Shown here: positions 20,294-30,131 of the stretch, piece by piece | How the letters are laid out: every line of letters begins with the position of its first letter | Numbering within the stretch: the stretch's first letter is position 1 | NCBI RefSeq assembly: GCF_002423035.1 | Contig: NZ_DIUM01000070.1 | Coordinates: forward strand, 48,056-112,055 | Length of the DNA: 64,000 nucleotides | From: Thiocapsa sp. UBA6158 | GTDB taxonomy: Bacteria; Pseudomonadota; Gammaproteobacteria; Chromatiales; Chromatiaceae | Reading direction: 5' to 3' | Program-made: the position numbers and the translations under genes | The notes under the pieces: generated by a model | Seen by the model: the letters and a program-made list of their open reading frames with translations, nothing else | Databases searched by the model: none | What the model was told of the DNA's origin: nothing

Positions 20294-22381
20294 TTAGGTG
20301 CTCGGCGCTACCCGTTCCACCTCGCACAGCAACGACTTGAACGGCGGAAACCCGCTGATCGGATCCAGGTGACGGTCGTCGGTCAGCTCGTTGATGTTGG
20401 CGTCGTTCCGGCCGTGGGTGCAGTGCACGACGCCCGGCTTGATCCGGTCGGTCACCTTGGCGAGGAAGCGCACCGCCCCGCGCGGTGAGCTGACCATGAC
20501 GTGATCCCCGTTCTCGATGCCGCGCGGCGCCGCGTCGTCCGGATGGATCTCGGCCAAGGGGTGGGGGATCGCGCGGCGCATCCGCTCGATGGTGTTGTGC
20601 TGTGAATGGGTATCGAACTTGGTGCGTGCCCCGCTGGTCAGGACCAGCGGGTAATCGACCGCCAGCGCGGGTGTGGAGATCGGGCTCTCGGCCGGCTCGC
20701 GATAGATCGGCAGTCCGTCGTGACCGGCCTCGCGCAGCTCGATCGAGTCGAACTCGACCTTGCCGGACCGCGTGCGGAAACCGCGCAGCCGATAAAGCCG
20801 ATCCGCGTCCATGAAGCCGTTCTCGACCAGATCCTCGATCGCCTCGGCATAGACGACCACGCCGTCCGGGTTGTCGTAGACCTCCCGGCGGATCTCTTCC
20901 GGGATGCCCTCGGCCGCCTCGGCCCAGGAGGCCGCCAGATCGCCGTTCCAGAATTGGTCGGCCATGCCGAGACGCACGCCGAGCTGCAGGAAGATCTCGC
21001 CGTCGGGCCGGGCCTCGCCCTTGGGCGCGACGATCGGCCGGCGATAGCGTAGCTCGCCCTGATAGGCGCAGCCGGGATAGGCGATCAGTGCGGGACGCTC
21101 CAGACTGGTCGCCGCGGGGAGCACGAAGTCCGCCATGCGCGTGGCCGGGTTGTGGAAGAAGTCGGTCGCGACGAAGAAGTCGAGCGCGCCGAGCGCGCGC
21201 TCCATCCGCTTGGAGTTGGGCCACATGGCGGTGTTGATGCCCATCGCCAGCAGGGCGCGGATGCGCTGCGGGCGCCCGTCCAGGATGCAGTCGGGCAACA
21301 GCATGCTCTGGGCCGCCGGCCAATAGCGGGTCCAGACCGGATAGACCTCGTCGCCGACGCGCGGCGGCAAATGGGTGCGGCAGTAGTCGAACAGCTCGAT
21401 CGGCTTCGGCGCAGCCTTGTCGTTGAAGAAACGGTTGCCGCCCTCGCGATCCAGGTTGCCGGTCACCGCCGAGAGCAGGATGACCGCCCGATGGTTCTGG
21501 AAGCCGTTGCTGTGCTGGACCGTCGCGGTCGGCGAGAGCGTGATCTGGGCCGGCGGGGTGGTCGCGAACAGCTCCGCGGCGGTACGCAGATCCTGCTCCG
21601 CGATCCCGCAGATCTCGGCAACACGCGCGGGCGTGAAGTCGCGGACATAGTCACGGAAGCCCTCGACGCCGTTGCCCCATTCGTCCAGAAAGGCTTGGTC
21701 CTGCCAGCCGTTCTCGAAGATCAGATGATGGAAGCCCAAGGCGAGCGCACCGTCGGTGCCGGGGCGGATCGCCAGGTGGATATCGGCCTCCTCGGCGAGC
21801 GGCGTGCGGCGCGGGTCGACCACGATGAGGGTCTTGCCCGGCCGGCGCAGCACGAGCGGGTGCGTATCGAAGGGCGGGATCGAGCCGCGCGGGTTGGTCG
21901 ACCAGATCAGATGACAGCGGGTCTTGGGCGAGACGACCGTGGACGTGGTCTTGATCTTGTAGCCGAAGGTCACCTTCTCGGCCACCATGGTCGCGGAGAA
22001 GCAGCAACCGCTCTCGGTCAGGTAGTTCGGCGAGCCGAAGGCATGTGCCAGACGCTGCAGCTGAGGGCGCGCCTCTTTGGTGTAGCCGGCGAAAAAGCCC
22101 ACGGCCGGTGCACCGTGCTCGGCCTTCGCGGCGCTCAGGCGCTCGGCGATGGTGTCGAGCGCCTCGTCCCAAGAGACGCGCTCGAACTCGCCGCTCCCGC
22201 GCGGCCCGATGCGCTTGAGCGGATAGAGGATGCGCTCGGGATGGTTGCGCCGATCCAGCTGTACATAGCAGCGAGGACAATCGGGGCCTTGGACGCGGAT
22301 CGGCTCGCCGTCGTCGTCGAGCTCGACCTGAATCCCGCAGTTGGCATCACACTCGTAACAGGTACTGGTTTTCCACGACAT
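20294..22381 (-). CDS. molybdopterin (bis-MGD) oxidoreductase, cytoplasmic, unknown substrate
   Basis: 695 aa. N-terminal FeS Cys cluster (CYECDANC...C), followed by the layout typical of DMSO-reductase-superfamily catalytic subunits. No Tat signal. No adjacent electron-transfer subunit genes. Confidence 0.8.
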   Translation of the reverse strand: MSWKTSTCYECDANCGIQVELDDDGEPIRVQGPDCPRCYVQLDRRNHPERILYPLKRIGPRGSGEFERVSWDEALDTIAERLSAAKAEHGAPAVGFFAGYTKEARPQLQRLAHAFGSPNYLTESGCCFSATMVAEKVTFGYKIKTTSTVVSPKTRCHLIWSTNPRGSIPPFDTHPLVLRRPGKTLIVVDPRRTPLAEEADIHLAIRPGTDGALALGFHHLIFENGWQDQAFLDEWGNGVEGFRDYVRDFTPARVAEICGIAEQDLRTAAELFATTPPAQITLSPTATVQHSNGFQNHRAVILLSAVTGNLDREGGNRFFNDKAAPKPIELFDYCRTHLPPRVGDEVYPVWTRYWPAAQSMLLPDCILDGRPQRIRALLAMGINTAMWPNSKRMERALGALDFFVATDFFHNPATRMADFVLPAATSLERPALIAYPGCAYQGELRYRRPIVAPKGEARPDGEIFLQLGVRLGMADQFWNGDLAASWAEAAEGIPEEIRREVYDNPDGVVVYAEAIEDLVENGFMDADRLYRLRGFRTRSGKVEFDSIELREAGHDGLPIYREPAESPISTPALAVDYPLVLTSGARTKFDTHSQHNTIERMRRAIPHPLAEIHPDDAAPRGIENGDHVMVSSPRGAVRFLAKVTDRIKPGVVHCTHGRNDANINELTDDRHLDPISGFPPFKSLLCEVERVAPST

Positions 22382-22479
22382 ACGACGGTGATCCTGAAGC
22401 TCCTTTTAGCGATGCACTGGAATTCGAGCCAATAGGCACGAATTCAAGCGGCTCATGCATGACCCGGCAGGAGTGAGCG

Positions 22480-23229
22480 ATGCTGCGATTCGAAGGGATC
22501 TTCAAGGAGTATGGCGGGACACCGGCGCTGGCGGGTGTCGACCTCGAGGTGTCGGAGGCGCAGACCACCGTCCTGATCGGCCCGAGCGGTTGCGGAAAAT
22601 CCACGCTGCTGCGCCTCGCCGCCGGCCTGATCCGGCCCGACCTCGGCCAAGTCTGGTTCGAGGGCGCCCGGCTGGCGGGCAACCTGCGCCCTGCCCGTCT
22701 GCGCATGGGTTACATGATCCAGGACGGCGGACTGTTTCCCCATCTGAGCGTACGCGACAATGTCACCCTGATGGCACGCCGGCTGGACTGGCCGCGCGAG
22801 CGTCGCGAGCAGCGTCTCGCCGCGCTTGCGGACCTGGTGCAACTCCCGACTGCGATGCTGGCGCGCTATCCGATCGAACTCTCCGGCGGACAGCGCCAGC
22901 GCGTCGCACTGATGCGCGCGCTCATGCTCGACCCGGATCTGCTGCTGCTCGACGAGCCGCTCGGGGCGCTGGACCCCATGATCCGCTTCGAGCTGCAACG
23001 CGAGCTCAAGGCGATCTTCGCCCGACTCGGCAAGACGGTGCTGATGGTGACACATGACTTAGCCGAGGCGGTCTTTTTCGGGCATCGGATCGTCCTGCTG
23101 CGTGCCGGTCGGATCGTCCAGCAGGCCGAGCCGCGGGTGCTCCTGGACAGCCCCGCCGAGCCCTTTGTCGCACAGTTCGTGGCGGCGCAACGCGAGCCGC
23201 AGCGGGTTTTGTCGGGAGCGGGAGGGTGA
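22480..23229 (+). CDS. osmoprotectant (glycine betaine/choline-type) ABC transporter ATP-binding protein
   Basis: Walker A (GPSGCGKST), signature (LSGGQRQR) and Walker B (LLLLDEP). Overlaps the next gene by 4 nt. Confidence 0.85.
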   Translation: MLRFEGIFKEYGGTPALAGVDLEVSEAQTTVLIGPSGCGKSTLLRLAAGLIRPDLGQVWFEGARLAGNLRPARLRMGYMIQDGGLFPHLSVRDNVTLMARRLDWPRERREQRLAALADLVQLPTAMLARYPIELSGGQRQRVALMRALMLDPDLLLLDEPLGALDPMIRFELQRELKAIFARLGKTVLMVTHDLAEAVFFGHRIVLLRAGRIVQQAEPRVLLDSPAEPFVAQFVAAQREPQRVLSGAGG

Positions 23230-24842
23230 GGCGCGGCATCTTACGAAGGGCCTCCAGCCGCCGGGCTCCAGCCACCGGGCTTGCGCTTGTGACGCTCGTT
23301 GCCTTGCTGCTCGCGCTCGGACTCGTCGCTTGGTCGGCCGAGTCGTCTGCCGAAGAATCCACACCCCGCCCCGTCACTATCGGGTCGAAGAAGTTCACCG
23401 AGTCGGTCATCCTCGGCGAGACGCTGCGCCTGCTCGCACTCGACGCCGGCCACCCGGCGCGTCATCGCGCCGAGCTGGGCGGGACGCGCATCCTCTGGGG
23501 TGCGCTGCTGAGCGGCGAGATCGACATCTATCCGGAATACAGCGGCACGCTGGTTCGAGAGATCCTCTCCGGCGAGGACGTGTCCTCGCCGGAGAGGATG
23601 GAAGCGACACTGGCGGCCCGCGGAGTGCGATCCTCGGCGTCCTTGGGCTTCGAGAACACCTACGCAATCGCAGTCCCCGAGCCCTTGGCGGAGCAGCTCG
23701 GCCTGCAACGCATCTCCGATCTGCGTGAGCATCCGGATCTGCGGCTCGGCTTCAGCAGCGAATTCCTGGAGCGCGCCGACGGTTGGCCGGGGCTACGCCA
23801 GCGCTACCGACTCCCCCAGACCCGCGTGCAGGGTCTGGATCACGACCTGGTCTATCGCGGGGTCGACGCCGGGCATCTCGACGTGACGGTGGTCTACACC
23901 ACGGATGCCGAGATCGCGCGCTACGGGCTGCGAATGCTCGACGACGATCTGGGCTATTTCGAGGACTACCAAGCAATCCTGCTCTATCGCGCGGAGCTGG
24001 CCGAGGAGGCGCCGGCCGCCGTCGCTGCCTTTCGCCGTCTCGAAGGCGCGATCGACGAATCCACCATGGCGGGCATGAACGGGGCGGTGAAGCTCGAGGG
24101 CGATTCCGAGCAGACGGTTGCCGCTCGCCTCTTGTCGGAAGGACTCGGGCTCGAGGTTACGCTCTCCGGTCAAGGCTTTTGGAGCCAACTCGGCCAGCGC
24201 ACGCTGGAGCATCTGGGTTTGGTCGGGGTCTCGCTCGGTGCGGCCATCCTCTTCGCCGTACCGCTCGGCGTGCTGGCTGCACAAAACGCTCGGCTCGGTC
24301 ATCTGATCCTCGGCATCACCGGGGTGATCCAGACCATCCCCTCGCTCGCACTCTTCGTCTTCCTCATCCCTTGGCTCGGGATCGGCTGGCTGCCGACGGT
24401 GGTCGCGCTCTTTCTCTACAGCCTGTTGCCGATCGTACGCAACACCCACGCCGGTCTGATGGACATCCCGGTGCCGATCCGCGAATCGGCCGACGTCCTC
24501 GGGCTGACCTGCTGGGCACGCCTGCGCCTGATCGAGCTGCCGCTCGCCGCCAACACCATCCTGGCCGGGATCAAGACCTCGGCCGTGCTCAATGTCGGCA
24601 CCGCCACCGTCGCGGCACTCATCGGCGCCGGCGGTTACGGACAGCCAATCCTCACCGGGATTCGCCTTGACGACACCGCACTCATCATGCAGGGTGCCGT
24701 CCCGGCTGCACTGCTCGCGCTCGGACTCCAAGGGCTTTTCGAGTTTGCCGAACGCTGGGTGGTGCCACGCGGGCTGCGCTTGAAACCGACGGACGGGGTC
24801 AGGGCCGAGGCGGATCCCGATCACGAAAGACCCGGGCCTTGA
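23226..24842 (+). CDS. fused substrate-binding protein / permease of an osmoprotectant ABC transporter
   Basis: The N-terminal 300 aa are an OpuBC/OpuCC-type binding domain (TIGSKKFTESVILGE...IDIYPEYSGT). The C-terminal 220 aa are a permease (IQTIPSLALFVFLIPWLGIG...LYSLLPIVRNT). Confidence 0.85.
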   Translation: MRRGILRRASSRRAPATGLALVTLVALLLALGLVAWSAESSAEESTPRPVTIGSKKFTESVILGETLRLLALDAGHPARHRAELGGTRILWGALLSGEIDIYPEYSGTLVREILSGEDVSSPERMEATLAARGVRSSASLGFENTYAIAVPEPLAEQLGLQRISDLREHPDLRLGFSSEFLERADGWPGLRQRYRLPQTRVQGLDHDLVYRGVDAGHLDVTVVYTTDAEIARYGLRMLDDDLGYFEDYQAILLYRAELAEEAPAAVAAFRRLEGAIDESTMAGMNGAVKLEGDSEQTVAARLLSEGLGLEVTLSGQGFWSQLGQRTLEHLGLVGVSLGAAILFAVPLGVLAAQNARLGHLILGITGVIQTIPSLALFVFLIPWLGIGWLPTVVALFLYSLLPIVRNTHAGLMDIPVPIRESADVLGLTCWARLRLIELPLAANTILAGIKTSAVLNVGTATVAALIGAGGYGQPILTGIRLDDTALIMQGAVPAALLALGLQGLFEFAERWVVPRGLRLKPTDGVRAEADPDHERPGP

Positions 24843-24942
24843 GCGTGCCGAGTCTCCTTGCCGCGGCTCGGGCCGGCGACTAACCTTCGAATCGACAACG
24901 GCTCGAGCACCCCATGCGATCTCACCGAGAGCGACCACAGCC

Positions 24943-25578
24943 ATGATGCCCGCCCACCATCCTTCGGCCGTCTGCGATACCGACCATGTCGATCAGCGTG
25001 TCTTTCTGCGCGACGTCGGGTGGGACGACTATGAGGCCATCCTCTCCGCCCGCGGGGACGACGGCGGAGTCCGCATTACCTATTTCAACGGCGAGCTGGA
25101 GCTGATGACACCTTCGGTCGATCACGAATCACTCAAGAAGCGGCTTGCCCGTCTGCTCGAGACCTATGCAGAGGTTAGGAACATCGAGCTCGAAGGCTAC
25201 GGCTCCTGGACCCTGAAGGAAAAGGCCAAGCGGCTCGGTGCCGAGGCCGACGAGTGTTATCTGGTGGGCCCGGTCCGTCGGACGCCGAAGGTCCCGGATA
25301 TCGCGATCGAGGTGATCTGGACCAGCGGCGGTGTGGACAAACTCGCGGTCTATCGCGGACTCGGAGTCCCCGAGGTCTGGTTCTGGGAGGACGGCACGTT
25401 GCGCTTCTTCGTCCTGCAGGACGAGACCTATCTCGCCGCGACGCGCAGTCGCGCACTGCCTGAGCTCGATCCCGCGCTCATCGTGCGCTGCATGGGTGAG
25501 CCGACCCAGACACGCGCGATCCGGGCGTTGCGCACCGCGCTGCTCGGTACCCCGGCGGCGCCGGATTCCGGCCAATGA
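24943..25578 (+). CDS. Uma2 family (DUF820) endonuclease
   Basis: Pattern RITYFNGELELMTPS...EADECYLV...VPDIAIEV...KLAVYRGLGVPEVWFWE is typical of Uma2/PD-(D/E)XK proteins. Confidence 0.75.
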   Translation: MMPAHHPSAVCDTDHVDQRVFLRDVGWDDYEAILSARGDDGGVRITYFNGELELMTPSVDHESLKKRLARLLETYAEVRNIELEGYGSWTLKEKAKRLGAEADECYLVGPVRRTPKVPDIAIEVIWTSGGVDKLAVYRGLGVPEVWFWEDGTLRFFVLQDETYLAATRSRALPELDPALIVRCMGEPTQTRAIRALRTALLGTPAAPDSGQ

Positions 25579-26009
25579 GCCGATTCCAGACCCCCGACGA
25601 GGTCGAAGCCGCCTTCTACGGCGCCTTCCAGACACTCGACATCGCCCTGATGGGAGCGGTCTGGGCGGAGCAACCAAGCCCGGTCTGCGTCCACCCCGGC
25701 GGCGATCTCCTGCAGGGTCGCAGCGAGGTCCTGAACAGTTGGCGCGAGGTCCTGACCGGGGCCGAGCGCCCCGACCTGCAGTACCGCGTCATCCAACGCA
25801 CGGCGGCCGACGGGCTTGCCGTGCATCTGGTCGAGGAGCTGATCCGCCCGAGCCGCTCGCGCGAAGAGCCCAACCGAATCCTGGCGATGAATGTCTACCG
25901 TCAAACGGGCGAGGGCTGGCGGCTGACGGCCCATCACGCCTCCCTGCCGCTCATGCGCAGGCGACCCGAGACAACGCCGTCCGAGGCTCCGAAGGCGCGG
26001 ATGCATTGA
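25575..26009 (+). CDS. NTF2-like (SnoaL/DUF4440) domain protein
   Basis: 144 aa. The EVEAAFYGAFQTLDIALMGAVWAE...GWRLTAHHASL layout is typical of SnoaL-like cones. 4-nt overlap with the Uma2 gene. Confidence 0.65.
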   Translation: MSRFQTPDEVEAAFYGAFQTLDIALMGAVWAEQPSPVCVHPGGDLLQGRSEVLNSWREVLTGAERPDLQYRVIQRTAADGLAVHLVEELIRPSRSREEPNRILAMNVYRQTGEGWRLTAHHASLPLMRRRPETTPSEAPKARMH

Positions 26010-26074
26010 AACTAAACCGCGCCCCTCGTGGTATGTGGTGTTTTTGGATGGGATCGGCCCCGGCGGACTCGACT

Positions 26075-26755
26075 TTACTCAAGCTGACTTCGCCCGGAGA
26101 CCCACGGCCAAACGATGACACCCAAATAGAGCACAACGGCAAGCGGCATGACCGGCCAGGTCGGAACGCTCAGCACCCAAAGCGTCGCCCCGCTGATCAA
26201 GCACCAGGCGAGCGGGATGATCGACAGCAGCCAGCGCAGCGGATGACGGATCATCAGAAGCAGACCCAGTGTTGCAAGAGCCGTCGGATCCGGTGCGCTG
26301 CCGAAGACCTCCAGACCATACCAGGGGCGGCCTGAAAGGAGCCCGAGCAGGGGTTGCAGCGCCAGGGCGAAGAGAAGGATCCAGAGCCCCGGACCGTGAT
26401 TCCGATCCGTAGCCTCCGGCGAGCCCAAGATCGGACCCCACCCGAGCACGACCGCCATGAGGACGCCCTGCAACACGAAGCCCATCCCGAAATAGATCCC
26501 CGGCCAGCTCAAGGGCGCGTACCAGTGGATCTGAAAGACCCAGCCGACCCAGATCCAGCAGGCCGCGGTCAGAAGAAACGGTGCCCGGAGCACCCATCCG
26601 TCTGCCCGCCGTGCCGTGAACAAGGCCGTGAGCCCCATCGCCAGCCCGATGATCGGCGCCGGCCAGACCCCGATGTTGTAGCGCTCGAACAGCCTGAAAT
26701 AGGTCTCGCGCGAAAACGGAATCAGGTCGACGAGGGAATAGCTCAAGAGGTCCAT
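26075..26755 (-). CDS. integral membrane protein (DUF6064-like)
   Basis: 226 aa from MDLLSYSLVDLIPFSRETYFRLFERYNIGVWPAP. Six or seven TM helices. The start overlaps the stop of the upstream reductase (TGATG). Confidence 0.6.
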   Translation of the reverse strand: MDLLSYSLVDLIPFSRETYFRLFERYNIGVWPAPIIGLAMGLTALFTARRADGWVLRAPFLLTAACWIWVGWVFQIHWYAPLSWPGIYFGMGFVLQGVLMAVVLGWGPILGSPEATDRNHGPGLWILLFALALQPLLGLLSGRPWYGLEVFGSAPDPTALATLGLLLMIRHPLRWLLSIIPLAWCLISGATLWVLSVPTWPVMPLAVVLYLGVIVWPWVSGRSQLE

Positions 26756-27693
26756 CAGAGTGCGGCGACATCGGCGGCCATCCGACGGCGCAGCGCCGCA
26801 TCCGGCATGTCGCCGCGCGCGGCCGCCATGTTCTGCTCCATATGGTCCACGCGGCTGGTCGCCGGGATGGCACAGGTCACGGCCGGGTGCGAGACGATGA
26901 ACTTCAGCAGGACCTGCGACCAGTCGGTGCAGTCGATCTCGCGCGCCCACCCCGGCAAGGGATGACGCTTGACACGATCGATCAGCGAACCGCCTTGGAA
27001 GGGCCGATTGGCGATCACCGCGATCCCCCGCTCCGCGGCCAGCGGAAGCAGGCGGGCCTCGACGTCGCGATCGGCGATGTTGTAGGTCAACTGCACGAAA
27101 TCAATCGGCTGCGTCTCCAGAATCTGCGCAAGCTCGGCATGACGGCGCCCGTGCGAGGTGGTGACGCCGATAGTGCGCACCGTCCCGTCGGCCTTCATCG
27201 CCGAGAGGGTCTGCAGATGGCCCTGCCAGTTCAGCAGGTTATGGACCTGCAGCAAATCCAGACGCTGCAGGCCCCAGAGGCGCTCGGAGGTGGCGATCTG
27301 CTCGAGCCCCTCTGCGGTCGAGGAGGTCCAGACCTTGGTCGCCGAGAATAGACCCTCGGGGCGATCGAGCCGCGCCAAGCAACTGCCGACGACCGCCTCG
27401 GCCGTGCCGTACATGGGCGAGGAGTCGATCATGCCGCCGCCTGCCGCGAAGAAGGCACGCAGGACATCGGTGCGCGCATCGCGCGCCACCGGGTCACCGC
27501 CGACGTTGAAGCTAATCCAGGTTCCCATGCCGACGACGGGCAAGGGCTCGCCGGTCGAGGGGATGGGCTTGGTGATGGGCTGCCCGTCCGCCGCCCACGC
27601 CTTGTCCGGCTGCACCAGAAAGGACAAAGGCGCAACCGCGAGGGCCGCAAGGAAGGCGCGCCGACTCGATACGCAAGATCGATCCATAGACAT
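26755..27693 (-). CDS. aldo/keto reductase with Tat signal peptide
   Basis: MSMDRSCVSSRRAFLAALAVAPL (twin-arginine motif) followed by the AKR core (GMGTW...IDSSPMYGTAE...VHNLLNW). Confidence 0.8.
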   Translation of the reverse strand: MSMDRSCVSSRRAFLAALAVAPLSFLVQPDKAWAADGQPITKPIPSTGEPLPVVGMGTWISFNVGGDPVARDARTDVLRAFFAAGGGMIDSSPMYGTAEAVVGSCLARLDRPEGLFSATKVWTSSTAEGLEQIATSERLWGLQRLDLLQVHNLLNWQGHLQTLSAMKADGTVRTIGVTTSHGRRHAELAQILETQPIDFVQLTYNIADRDVEARLLPLAAERGIAVIANRPFQGGSLIDRVKRHPLPGWAREIDCTDWSQVLLKFIVSHPAVTCAIPATSRVDHMEQNMAAARGDMPDAALRRRMAADVAAL

Positions 27694-27941
27694 CCTCCAG
27701 GTACTGTCCGCCGAGCGGACTCGAGCATTCCGCAGTTTGACCATGATCGTGGGGATGGTTGCACAGAGGACATCGATGAGGGTGCCGGTATCGGGGCGCG
27801 CACGTACACTACCCGCCAGGCTAGACCAGTGCGTTGACAAGGCGGACACTCACGGAGCGAGGCGCGATCGCATCCCCTCCAAAGAGCAAAACCCTTTCCG
27901 GTCCTTTATGCCCTTCATGGTTCGCATTAAAAGGCATCGGT

Positions 27942-28939
27942 ATGACCAAAACCGAACTGCTCGAATTGATCGAGAACGGCGAGAGTTCCGGCGTGGAGCT
28001 CAAGCGCGTCGACGTGCGCCCGAAGCAGCTCGCCAAGGAGAGCGTGGCGCTGGCCAACTTTCAGGCGGCGTGATCCTCCTCGGTGTGGAAGACGACGGGG
28101 CCATCACCGGCATCCGGCGTGAGCATCTCGAGGAGTGGGTGATGGATACGGTCTTCGGGCGTTAGGTGCATCCGACGATCCTGCCGTTCTTCGAGACGGT
28201 GCAGACGGACGCCAGTCGCCGGGTGGCCGTGATCTCGCTCACGCAGGGCACGGCCAAGCCCTACGTGGTGCGCGATAAGGGCCGGGATGAGATTGACGTG
28301 CGCGCCCGGAGCACGTCGCGCAAGGCATCGCGCGAGCAGCAGGCGGGGCTCTTTGCACTCGGGGCATGCTCCACGCGGAGCTGCTGCCGGTGTCCGGAAC
28401 GGCGCTTCAGGATCTCGACCTGGATCGACTGCACGACTGTCCCGGGTGCTCAATGACCCGGAGATGCCCCCGCTGATCCGGCCGCCTGGACGAAACGCCT
28501 CACGGGCCTGGGCTTCATGACGGAGCGAGCGGGCGGCGAGGCGGTGTGCACCATCGCCGGTACCCTGCTTTTCGGGCGTCGGCCCCGCTGGGCGCTGCGT
28601 CAGACCGGGGTGCGCTGAGATCCGCAGCCCGGGCGCTCTGCAGAACCCCATGACCGTGGAGAAGATGCTGGCCGGACAGCGCTCGCCCGCAACCCCCTGA
28701 TCGTCGACGTGCTGCGTGACTACGGCTATGTCGATGCACGCGGCATGGGGGTACGATGCAAGATCGTCCCGCTATTGCGGCAACACAGCGGAGTGGATCC
28801 GGAGTTCGAGGCGACCGAGGACTATCTCCTGGTGCGGTTCTGGCGGGATGTCGAGGCCCGAGCGAGGGCATCCGGGCGACGGCCGACGGAATCCATGCCG
28901 ATCCGGTCCAGAACCGCGGGCCCGTTCCTGCGGACCTGA
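27942..28939 (+). pseudogene. decayed AlbA_2/Schlafen-type putative DNA-binding ATPase (RecG-like transcriptional regulator family)
   Basis: The N-terminus MTKTELLELIENGESSGVELKRV...LAKESVALANF continues in another frame as GGVILLGVEDDGAITGI. There is an in-frame TAG at 28163-28165 and further frame changes near 28370 and 28620. The recognisable C-terminal piece is VLRDYGYVDARGMGVR..IVPLL. The total is much shorter than intact homologues. Confidence 0.7.
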
Positions 28940-28959
28940 CGGCGATCCCGATCTAGCCT

Positions 28960-29470
28960 TTATGAGGCGATGCCTGTGCTGTCGAGCAGACCCGACGTCC
29001 CGGCCGTCCCGAGATTCAAGGCATAACGGCTATGCTTGCGCTGCCCGGTGCGCACGAGCGCGCCCTTGGCGACCAGGTTCTGGAGGTCGCGGGTCGCGGT
29101 AGCGCGCGACGTACGGGCGATGGCGATATCGCTTTCGGCGCTCAAGCCCCCGACGAAGCCCTCGGGCCCCGCCCGGAACACCCGGGCGAGCCCCTTATCC
29201 CGGCGTGCGTTCATCTGATCCCGAAGCCGGTCGTAGAGCTTGGCTTTGCCGATCAGAGCGATGACCCGCGCGCGTGTAATCCAGCGCATCCAGGACGGCA
29301 TGGGAGAAATAGCCCAGCCAATCGTCGATGCGATTGACCTTGTTCGCCCGCTCCAGTGCGGCGTAATACGCCTTTTTGTACCGCTCGACCCGACCGTTGC
29401 CGTCCTCGAACGGGTGAATCGGGGCGAAATAGAGGTGGGCAATACCCGCACGTGTCAGGGTCGGCAGCGA
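28960..29470 (-). pseudogene. Fic family protein remnant
   Basis: The Fic motif HPFEDGNGR reads in one frame (about 29395-29420). It is followed directly by RYKKAYYAALE, which implies an internal deletion. A frameshift near 29270 leads into the winged-helix tail (ARTSRATATRDLQNLVAKGALVRTG). The N-terminal half is missing. Confidence 0.7.
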
Positions 29471-29654
29471 GCGCTTGCCGGTCGGGGCGCTTGCTGATGC
29501 CGAGCAGGCGCTCGCGCCCGCCGGTGGCGTGCTGTCGCGGCACCAAGCCGAGCCAGGCGGCCAGCGCGCGCCCGTTGCCGAACAGCGTCGGATCCTCTCC
29601 CACCGCCGCCGACAAGGCCGTCGCGCACTGCGCGACGATGCCCCGGATCGTCAT
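29471..29654 (-). mobile_element. IS110-family transposase C-terminal fragment
   Basis: The translation ...ALSAAVGEDPTLFGNGRALAAWLGLVPRQHATGGRERLLGISKR matches the conserved Transposase_20 block of IS110 transposases. There is no N-terminal catalytic part and no inverted repeats. It abuts the truncated Fic gene. Confidence 0.65.
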
Positions 29655-29772
29655 CAGGCGCTGTGCTGCTCCGTGACCTCGGTTGACGATGTTCGATCAC
29701 ATCGCTCATGGTGCCCGCTCAGGGCTCGTTGGGGGAGCGGGGCGGACCATCCCAATACCCTACCGGCCGAGC

Positions 29773-29961
29773 TTATGAATAACGCCGGACGATGCTGTCG
29801 CCCTCGCGGCGCATCAAAACCCCGTCGGCATCGATCTCGAGGTCACGGGGCAACCGCACGGCCTGATTTCTCCCGTTGCGGAAGAACCGGGCAGTCCCTG
29901 ACTGAACAGGGTCCGATTCAGATGCTGAAGGTTGGCGGTCACTTATGGATGCCTCTTGCAC
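29773..29961 (-). pseudogene. VapB/AbrB-type antitoxin remnant (no cognate toxin)
   Basis: ARFFRNGRNQAVRLPRDLEIDADGVLMRREGDSIV matches the SpoVT/AbrB antitoxin core (FxNGxSQAVRLP). It has an aberrant N-terminal extension and no PIN toxin ORF downstream. Confidence 0.55.
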
Positions 29962-30099
29962 CTATGCGAGACGCATAGGTTTACGTCCAGCGCCTCCGCG
30001 GCGCGGACGCGACCTTTCTGTTCTCAGCCACATCTCGCCTCTCCTCAAGGCCCGATCGCCGAGGATTCCGGGCGCGATTTGGGCGCCGTTCAGCCACAC

Positions 30100-30131
30100 A
30101 AACAAAAGCCGGCACAAGGCCGGCTTTTGAG
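30100..30131. terminator. bidirectional intrinsic terminator (ancestral terminator downstream of tRNA-Gly)
   Basis: The GCCGGC-ACAAG-GCCGGC hairpin (30108-30124) is flanked by an A-tract (ACAAACAAAA) and a T-tract (TTTTGA). Confidence 0.6.
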
